From an uncultured Eubacteriales bacterium (GTDB lineage: Bacteria; Bacillota; Clostridia; Oscillospirales; CAG-272): DNA of 64,000 nt. This document shows, piece by piece, positions 57,535 through 64,000 of this stretch. How positions within the stretch are numbered: position 1 is the stretch's first letter; each line of letters begins with the position of its first letter. The position numbers and the translations under genes were made by a program. The stretch covers positions 3,670 to 67,669 of the forward strand of contig UQXK01000003.1 of assembly GCA_900544985.1 (NCBI GenBank). Direction: 5' to 3'. Below the pieces are notes generated by a model. That model searched no databases and was not told where the DNA came from. It worked only from the letters and a program-made list of their open reading frames with translations.

Positions 57535-58251
57535 ATGGCGGAAGGAAGAATAATGTCGATCGAGTCTATGGGACTTGTTGACGGTCCGGGAATACGGTTT
57601 GTCGTATTTATGCAGGGGTGTATGCTTCGATGTAGATTTTGTCACAATCCTGACAGTTGGAACAAAAACTGCGGAGAGACAATAAGCTCAGATGAGCTTA
57701 TGAGAAGAATAATCCGTTTTCGTCCTTATTTTGAACGAAGCGGCGGAGGCGTTACTTTTTCCGGCGGGGAACCGCTCTTGCAGAAAGATTTTCTTTTGGA
57801 AATGCTGAAACGATGTAAAGCGGAAAATATCCACACCTGTCTTGACACCGCCGGTGTCGGAGACGGAGATTATGACGATATCCTCTCTTTTACAGATCTT
57901 GTTCTCTATGATGTAAAAGCGATAGATAAAGACGGATATTTAAAAATGTGCGGAAGAGATATTTCCGAAACGGAAGAGTTTCAGGACGCAATGAAGCACA
58001 TGAAGAGCCGCGTTATAGTACGACAGGTCGTTGTTCCCGGAATAAACGACAACGATGAATATATGGAAGGGCTTTCGGAATATATCAAGAAAAATATTCC
58101 CGGCACCGAAAAGGTAGAGCTTTTGCCGTATCATCTTCTCGGAGAACATAAATATAAAAAGCTCGGCATAAAGGAACCGCTTGAAGGTGTACCGGCAATG
58201 GATGCGGACATAGTAAACGGTTTTTACAATAAATATTTTAAAAAAGCATGA
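57535..58251 (+). CDS. pflA: pyruvate formate-lyase activating enzyme (radical SAM)
   Basis: CMLRCRFCHNPDSW cluster motif and GGVTFSGGEPLLQ. Confidence 0.92.
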   Translation: MAEGRIMSIESMGLVDGPGIRFVVFMQGCMLRCRFCHNPDSWNKNCGETISSDELMRRIIRFRPYFERSGGGVTFSGGEPLLQKDFLLEMLKRCKAENIHTCLDTAGVGDGDYDDILSFTDLVLYDVKAIDKDGYLKMCGRDISETEEFQDAMKHMKSRVIVRQVVVPGINDNDEYMEGLSEYIKKNIPGTEKVELLPYHLLGEHKYKKLGIKEPLEGVPAMDADIVNGFYNKYFKKA

Positions 58252-58268
58252 AAGGTAAAATTTGAACA

Positions 58269-60494
58269 ATGGAAAGAAAAGCATTTAACGGCGGAAGATG
58301 GGAAAGAGAAATCGATGTCCGCAATTTTATACAGAAAAACTACACTCTTTATGAAGGAGACGCTTCGTTTTTGAGCGGTCCTACCGAAAAAACGAAAAAG
58401 GTTTGGAACAAATGCGTAGAGCTTCTTTCGGAAGAGCTTAAAAAAGGCGGCGTTCTCGACGTCGAAACAAAGAGAATTTCCGGAATTTGCAGCTTTGAAC
58501 CCGGATATATAGACAAAGACAACGAAGTTATCGTAGGACTTCAAACAGATGCACCGCTTAAAAGAATAGTAAACCTCTACGGCGGTACGAGAATGGCAGA
58601 GCAGAGCCTTGAAGCTTACGGATATTCGCTCGATCCCGAAATAAAAGCACATTTCTATGAATACAGAAAAACACACAACCAGGGCGTTTTTGACGCATAT
58701 CCCGCTTCCGTAAGAGCGGCAAGACACGCGGGACTTCTTACAGGACTTCCCGACGCATATGGCAGAGGAAGAATAATAGGAGATTATCGTCGCGTTGCAC
58801 TTTACGGTACGGACAGACTTATCGCAGAAAAGAAGAAAGATCTTGCAAAGCTCGACGGAGAAATGACAGATAGCCTTATAAAACTCCGTGAAGAGGTCTC
58901 CATGCAGATACGCGCGCTTTCCGACATCGCAAAGATGGCAGAGAGCTACGGCGTTGATGTTACCAAACCCGCTGTTTCCGCAAAGGAAGCGATACAGTCG
59001 CTTTACATGGGATATCTTGCAGGAATAAAAGAGAACAACGGCGCGGCAACTTCGCTCGGAAGAACGTCCACATTCCTCGATATATATGTACAAAGAGATC
59101 TCGAAGCCGGAATCATCACAGAGGAAGAGGCGCAGGAGCTTATCGATCAGTTTATAATAAAGCTCCGTCTTGTAAGACACCTCAGAACTCCCGAATATAA
59201 CGAACTTTTCGGCGGAGATCCCACATGGGTAACCGAATCTGTCGGCGGCGTAGGAATAAACGGCAAACCGCTCGTTACGAAGAACTCTTTCAGATATCTT
59301 CATACGCTCATAAATCTCGGAACGGCTCCCGAACCGAACCTCACTGTTCTTTGGTCCGAAAAACTCCCCGAGAATTTCAAAAAATTCTGCGCTGACATCT
59401 CTATAAAGACAGACTCCATTCAGTATGAAAACGACGACGTTATGAGACCCATTTACGGTGACGATTACGCTATCGCTTGCTGCGTTTCCGCTATGAGAGT
59501 CGGCAAACAGATGCAGTTCTTCGGCGCAAGATGCAATGTTGCAAAGAGCCTTCTTTACGCGATAAACGGTGGAATCGACGAACTTAAAGGCGAAAAAGTC
59601 GTTCCCGGCATAAAGCCTCTTGATTCGGAAGTTCTTTCTTTCGACGAGGTCTGGGCAAACTATGAAAAAGTTCTCGAATACGTTGCAAAGATATATGTCG
59701 ACGCAAACAATATAATCCACTATATGCATGACAAATATGCGTACGAAGCGAGCCAGATGTCGCTCCATGATACGGATCCCGAAAAACTTATGGCATTCGG
59801 AATGGCAGGACTTTCCGTCGCTGCCGACAGCCTTTCTGCCATCAAATTCGCCAAGGTACGCCCGATAAGAAATGAAAACGGCGTTGCCGTTGATTTTGTA
59901 ACGGAAGGCGACTATCCGAAGTACGGAAACGATGACGACAGAGTTGACGACCTCGCTGTCGACATAGCCACAAAGCTTATAACCGAGCTTAAAAAGCACA
60001 AGCTTTACAGAAACGCAAAGCACACGCTTTCTGCTCTTACGATAACGAGCAACGTTATGTACGGCAAGAAGACCGGTACTACTCCCGACGGCAGAAAAGC
60101 CGGCGAACCTCTTGCTCCCGGCGCAAACCCGATGCACGGAAGAGACGCTTCCGGTGCTCTCGCATCTCTCAACTCCGTTGCAAAGATTCCTTACCGCAAT
60201 GTTTGCCAGGACGGTGTTTCCAACACGTTCTCCATTGTTCCGACGGCTCTCGGAAAGGGCGGAGAAGAGAGAATATCCAATCTTGTAAGCATACTCGACG
60301 GATATTTTGCGCAGGGCGCTCAGCATCTTAACGTAAACGTTCTCAATCGCGAAACGCTTATGGACGCTTATGAGCATCCCGAAAAATATCCGATGCTCAC
60401 GATAAGAGTTTCGGGATATGCCGTAAACTTCCACAGACTTTCGAAAGAACAGCAGCTCGAAGTTATCAAACGCACATTCCACGAAAAAATCTAA
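58269..60494 (+). CDS. pflB: formate C-acetyltransferase (pyruvate formate-lyase)
   Basis: 741 aa. Contains the active-site CCVS (IACCVSAM) and the glycyl-radical motif TIRVSGYAV. Confidence 0.95.
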   Translation: MERKAFNGGRWEREIDVRNFIQKNYTLYEGDASFLSGPTEKTKKVWNKCVELLSEELKKGGVLDVETKRISGICSFEPGYIDKDNEVIVGLQTDAPLKRIVNLYGGTRMAEQSLEAYGYSLDPEIKAHFYEYRKTHNQGVFDAYPASVRAARHAGLLTGLPDAYGRGRIIGDYRRVALYGTDRLIAEKKKDLAKLDGEMTDSLIKLREEVSMQIRALSDIAKMAESYGVDVTKPAVSAKEAIQSLYMGYLAGIKENNGAATSLGRTSTFLDIYVQRDLEAGIITEEEAQELIDQFIIKLRLVRHLRTPEYNELFGGDPTWVTESVGGVGINGKPLVTKNSFRYLHTLINLGTAPEPNLTVLWSEKLPENFKKFCADISIKTDSIQYENDDVMRPIYGDDYAIACCVSAMRVGKQMQFFGARCNVAKSLLYAINGGIDELKGEKVVPGIKPLDSEVLSFDEVWANYEKVLEYVAKIYVDANNIIHYMHDKYAYEASQMSLHDTDPEKLMAFGMAGLSVAADSLSAIKFAKVRPIRNENGVAVDFVTEGDYPKYGNDDDRVDDLAVDIATKLITELKKHKLYRNAKHTLSALTITSNVMYGKKTGTTPDGRKAGEPLAPGANPMHGRDASGALASLNSVAKIPYRNVCQDGVSNTFSIVPTALGKGGEERISNLVSILDGYFAQGAQHLNVNVLNRETLMDAYEHPEKYPMLTIRVSGYAVNFHRLSKEQQLEVIKRTFHEKI

Positions 60495-60630
60495 CACACC
60501 TTTCTTATAAGAAAAGTAGGCAAAAGAATTTCCCACCGAATACATCACTTTATTTCGGCGGAAGCTTTTGAAGCTCCAAGAAACTTTTCTCGAAAAGTTT
60601 CTTGTGTCCGGGTCCCACGGCGGAAGCCCC
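60495..60630 (+). repeat. ~136-nt 3'-UTR-associated repeat module, copy B
   Basis: Starts directly after the pflB stop and lies between the stop codon and the terminator. It has the same orientation relative to its upstream gene as copy A. Confidence 0.7.
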
Positions 60631-60646
60631 AACTGATAATGCACAC

Positions 60647-60676
60647 AAAAAAACGCGGAGAAATCCGCGTTTTTTA
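60647..60676 (+). terminator. intrinsic terminator after pflB
   Basis: aaaaaaacgcgga-gaaa-tccgcgtttttt. Confidence 0.8.
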
Positions 60677-60917
60677 ATTTGTCGTCAACAGTTGGAACTG
60701 CCGTTCCAAACCTCCGCTTTAAGGGGCTTTTGAAAAAGCCCCTTAAAAATCCGCAAAACTTTTGCACCGAATATGCCTGTTTATTACACTTTATGTCGTC
60801 AGGAATAAGCATTATAAAGCGTAATATATCTCATATCGATATAAAAAAGCGCAAACTTTGGCGCAATATAAAAAATACTATTGAAAAAATAAAATATATA
60901 TGATAAAATATTTATAT

Positions 60918-61052
60918 CTTATCAAGAGAGGCGGAGGGACAGGCCCTGTGAAGCCCGGCAACCTGATTTTTTTATCAAGGTGCTAATTCCCGATAGATGA
61001 GAGAAAAATATTTTGAATTTTCTCTCCCTCGGGTAACCGAGGGATTTTCTTT
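60918..61052 (+). promoter_or_regulatory. SAM-I riboswitch (S-box) with terminator
   Basis: cttatcaagagaggcggagggacaggccctgtgaagcccggcaacc...aaggtgctaattcccgatagatgagag, followed by ctccctcgg-gtaa-ccgaggga-ttttctttt. Confidence 0.88.
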
Positions 61053-61098
61053 TGATATTGAAAATAAAAATTAAAATAAAAAGAAGGAAAATGGTATC

Positions 61099-62286
61099 AT
61101 GGCACACAGATTTTTTGCTACCGAATCGGTAACGGAAGGACATCCCGACAAACTTTGCGACAGAATATCCGACGCAGTTCTTGACGCTATAATAGAGAAG
61201 GACCCGATGGCGCGTGTCGCGTGCGAAACGGCGACTACAACAGGACTCGTTCTTGTTATGGGAGAGATAACAACATCAGCTTATGTGGACATTGAAAGCG
61301 TTGCGCGCGACGCTGTCCGCGAGATAGGATATGACAGAGCAAAATACGGTTTTGACGCGGATTCCTGCGCCGTAATAAACTCCATACACAGCCAGTCGCC
61401 CGATATAGCCATGGGTGTTGACCGCTCTCTCGAAGCTAAGAACGGCGAGGTTGGCGACAAATACGAGATAGGCGCGGGAGACCAGGGAATGGTATTCGGT
61501 TTCGCCTGCGACGAGACGGATTGCAAAATGCCGCTCGGATATGTCCTTGCGCGCGATATGGCTAAAAAGCTCGCATATATAAGAAAGAATAAAGTGTTGT
61601 CTTACCTTCGTCCCGACGGCAAGACACAGGTAACGGTCGAATACGACGGAGACACCCCTGTAAGACTTGCAAACATCGTTGTATCTACCCAACACAACCC
61701 CGATGTTTCTCTTGAAACAATAAGAAACGACGTTATAGAGACGGTGATAAAACCCGTTATCCCCGCAAACCTCATAGATGCGGATACGAAAATATATGTA
61801 AATCCCACGGGACGTTTTGTAATAGGCGGTCCCGCAGGCGACAGCGGACTTACTGGAAGAAAGATAATCGTAGATACATACGGCGGTTACGGCAGACACG
61901 GCGGCGGCGCATTTTCGGGAAAGGATCCGACGAAGGTCGACCGCAGCGCAAGCTATGCTGCAAGATATGCCGCTAAAAATATTGTTGCGGCAGGACTTGC
62001 CAAAAAATGCGAAGTTCAGATCGCTTATGCGATAGGCGTTGCGCGTCCGCTTTGCGAGAACGTAAATACCTTCGGCACGGGTGTTATCCCAGACGAAAAA
62101 ATCGCCGCTATTCTTCACGATACGGTCGATTTTCGTCCCGCTGCGATAATAGATTATTTCGATCTCAGAAAACCCATATACAAATCTCTCTCCGCATACG
62201 GTCACTTCGGAAGAGAAGAGCTTGGGCTAAGATTCGAAAAAACGGATATAGCATCGATACTTCGCGACAAAGCGGGACTTAAATAA
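61099..62286 (+). CDS. metK: S-adenosylmethionine synthase
   Basis: 395 aa. Contains FTSESV-type start ([13 protein letters not shown]), [10 protein letters not shown] and [16 protein letters not shown]. Confidence 0.97.
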   Translation: MAHRFFATESVTEGHPDKLCDRISDAVLDAIIEKDPMARVACETATTTGLVLVMGEITTSAYVDIESVARDAVREIGYDRAKYGFDADSCAVINSIHSQSPDIAMGVDRSLEAKNGEVGDKYEIGAGDQGMVFGFACDETDCKMPLGYVLARDMAKKLAYIRKNKVLSYLRPDGKTQVTVEYDGDTPVRLANIVVSTQHNPDVSLETIRNDVIETVIKPVIPANLIDADTKIYVNPTGRFVIGGPAGDSGLTGRKIIVDTYGGYGRHGGGAFSGKDPTKVDRSASYAARYAAKNIVAAGLAKKCEVQIAYAIGVARPLCENVNTFGTGVIPDEKIAAILHDTVDFRPAAIIDYFDLRKPIYKSLSAYGHFGREELGLRFEKTDIASILRDKAGLK

Positions 62287-62371
62287 TTAAGTCATAATAG
62301 TTTTTTATATTGATTAACCGTACAGAGATTTTTTAGCGTTATTTTCGGTATTATATAAACGGGGTAAATCG

Positions 62372-63409
62372 ATGAATACGGCGGAATTAAAACAAATACA
62401 ACTTTCAAGACAATATCTTACAAAAAACGCGGATAAAGAGACGGTCATAAGAGATTTGTGCGGCATACAGTGCCAGTTTTTCGGTTATGCGATGCATTCT
62501 CTTGCTATTCGCTGCAATGAAAGGATAGACAAAGATTTTCCCTGTGATAATATAATAAAAAACTGGACGATCAGAGGCACTATGCATATGATTTCGGAAG
62601 ATGATCTGCCTTTGTTCAAGTATGACGACGGATTTTATCTGAACGACAACTGGGCGGATGAATTTTCCGGAAACAGGATATGGATAACCGGAGAAAGAAA
62701 AAAATATTTTGCGGATCATATTGTAAAAAGCGTTGCTTCGGGAATAGAAAAACGTGAAGATCTGCGTCTTTCTTGCAGAGAATCGGGAATGACAAAGACA
62801 GAAGAAGCATATATCTTTGACAGCTGGGGCGGTCTTATAAGGCCTCTTTGCGAAAGAGGATTTATCCAATATAAAGCCGAATCCGAAAAAGCGTTCAAAA
62901 TAAGCAGACCGTATACTCCTATGGACAGTAGAGAAGCGGTAAAGGCACAGCTTATGCGGTATCTGAATCACATAGCGCCTGCGACCGTAAACGATATCGC
63001 ATACTTTTTCGGATTTCCCAAAGGACGCGTAAAAGAGCTTTTAAGCGAGCTTTCGGCTAAAAGAATTATGATAGACGGAAAGCTGTATTTTTATATGGGA
63101 GATATTTATGCGGATTGTCCGGATATTCCGAAATGCATATTTCTTTCCGGGTTTGATCAGCTTATGCGGGGATATCAGAAAAAAGAAAGTATTTATCTGA
63201 AAAGCGAATATCTGCGCGGAGTGTTCAATCTTGCGGGAATAGTTATGCCTGGCGTACTTCTTGACGGAAATGTTGCGGGGACTTGGAAAAAGAAAAACCG
63301 TACTCTCGAAGTAAAATGTTTCAGAGAAATATCCTCAGAAGAAAGAAACGATATAGAGAAAAGTGCGGACTTACTTTGGGGAGATATAAGAGCCGTGAAA
63401 TACATTTAA
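62372..63409 (+). CDS. winged-helix DNA glycosylase-like protein (YcaQ/AlkZ, DUF1006-type)
   Basis: 345 aa. The N-terminal part reads LSRQYL...VIRDLCGIQCQFFGYAMHSLAIRC (a Q-x-Q motif), with WTIRGTMHM further on. Confidence 0.55.
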   Translation: MNTAELKQIQLSRQYLTKNADKETVIRDLCGIQCQFFGYAMHSLAIRCNERIDKDFPCDNIIKNWTIRGTMHMISEDDLPLFKYDDGFYLNDNWADEFSGNRIWITGERKKYFADHIVKSVASGIEKREDLRLSCRESGMTKTEEAYIFDSWGGLIRPLCERGFIQYKAESEKAFKISRPYTPMDSREAVKAQLMRYLNHIAPATVNDIAYFFGFPKGRVKELLSELSAKRIMIDGKLYFYMGDIYADCPDIPKCIFLSGFDQLMRGYQKKESIYLKSEYLRGVFNLAGIVMPGVLLDGNVAGTWKKKNRTLEVKCFREISSEERNDIEKSADLLWGDIRAVKYI

Positions 63410-63946
63410 GAAGCGCACTTCCGCATTTTGCGTTCAGCGGCGATATTTTTATCCATCATATTACGGATAATCGGCGGCTCCGTTTATTTTTCTGCGTTGA
63501 AATTACGGTGAGCCGCTTGCCTATATCGGCATATGGCGGAAATCTTCGGTATATGATTTCGAAGATATTTTTAGATGTTTTTTGCTTAATAAAAAAATAA
63601 GATTTAAAACCGTTCTTTTTAAAATCACGTATACAATTTAGCTATTTATTTGTTATATTATTAAATGCAGGAGATGTTTTCATCAAAAAACAGGGTTATC
63701 AAAAGAAAAAATCACGAAAAGCTTTTTTTCGCATAAAATGATTTTGTATCGGCGGTTATAATTTTGCCGCAAAGTCCTTTGCCTTTTAGCAAGACGCGCT
63801 ATCGGACTTTCGGCGGCGGTTATAATCTCCTGCCGAACGTTTTCGGAGCGAAGCTCCTTTTTCTGCGGTTGCAACCGTCAAAACGCGATAAAGTGAGCTT
63901 TAACACACTGCTCCGATTTGAAAAATCTTTTTTACGGAGAAGAAAT

Positions 63947-64000
63947 ATGGAGCTTTTCGTGATAATTCTTGTTTCCGCTCTTGCACTTGTTTTTCTTTAT
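63947..64000 (+). CDS. start of a membrane or secreted protein (runs off the right edge)
   Basis: ATG follows acggagaag. Reads MELFVIILVSALALVFL...; only 18 codons are visible. Confidence 0.3.
   Translation, partial: MELFVIILVSALALVFLY

Noticed and set aside
58224-60812. 862-aa ORF antisense to pflB, plus other very long antisense ORFs: 45740-47368 opposite rpoC, 42249-43673 opposite rpoB, 21952-23082 and 23089-24294 opposite adhE, 17901-19016 opposite adh, 28757-29821 opposite hydA, and 52460-53554 opposite fusA
   Set aside because: In every case the sense strand encodes a full-length, unmistakable housekeeping protein. The antisense translations are Cys/Phe/Arg/Ser/Val-rich with no recognisable motifs or RBS. 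Stop-free antisense frames are a known by-product of strong codon bias in highly expressed genes.
63680-63946. Series of short hairpins and duplicated cggcggttataat boxes upstream of the last, partial gene
   Set aside because: It could be a leader or riboswitch. I could not match it to any known family, and the downstream gene is cut off by the window edge, so there is too little evidence.

Overview
The window is a low-GC Firmicutes (Clostridia) chromosome segment. Its gene content and the rex / adhE / hydS-PP2C-hydA layout look Ruminococcus- or Oscillospiraceae-like, which is inference only. Most of it is core metabolism and the conserved rpoB-rpoC-L7Ae-rpsL-rpsG-fusA-tuf block. Other recognisable genes are alaS, mscL, a HIT protein, pflA-pflB behind a ZTP (pfl-motif) riboswitch, metK behind a SAM-I riboswitch, ribU behind an FMN riboswitch, perR plus reverse rubrerythrin, a GH3 beta-glucosidase, two iron alcohol dehydrogenases (one is adhE), rex plus a LysR regulator, and a putative H2-sensing [FeFe]-hydrogenase module.

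The most interesting feature is a compact (~6.5 kb), AT-rich, tightly packed element at about 6100-12686. It is inserted in the 3' half of tRNA-Ser(GGA) and bounded by a 283-bp direct repeat. It encodes an XRE repressor with an operator-laden divergent promoter, several tiny signal-peptide / C-terminal-TM / basic-tail proteins, and a large Gly/Ser-linker adsorption-like protein. It also encodes a Zot/pI-type P-loop ATPase, a Rep_trans rolling-circle initiator and a tyrosine integrase, and it has no secretin. I read this as an integrated filamentous (inovirus-like) prophage of a Gram-positive host. The left repeat carries a decayed integrase 3' end, which suggests the site was occupied before.

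Other observations:
- A near-identical composite operator-like motif lies in front of both alcohol dehydrogenase genes.
- An exact 100-bp x4 tandem repeat abuts the FMN riboswitch.
- A duplicated promoter/leader module sits at 31.7-32.0 kb.
- A ~136-nt module recurs between stop codon and terminator of two unrelated genes.
- A large surface protein carries about 8 four-cysteine repeats.
- The alaS leader is attenuator-like and has no T-box.
- RpoB has a strongly acidic C-terminal tail.

No CRISPR array, rRNA or transposase was seen. Coordinates I derived by hand, rather than from the ORF track, may be off by 1-2 nt. All family assignments come from motif recognition by eye, not from searches.
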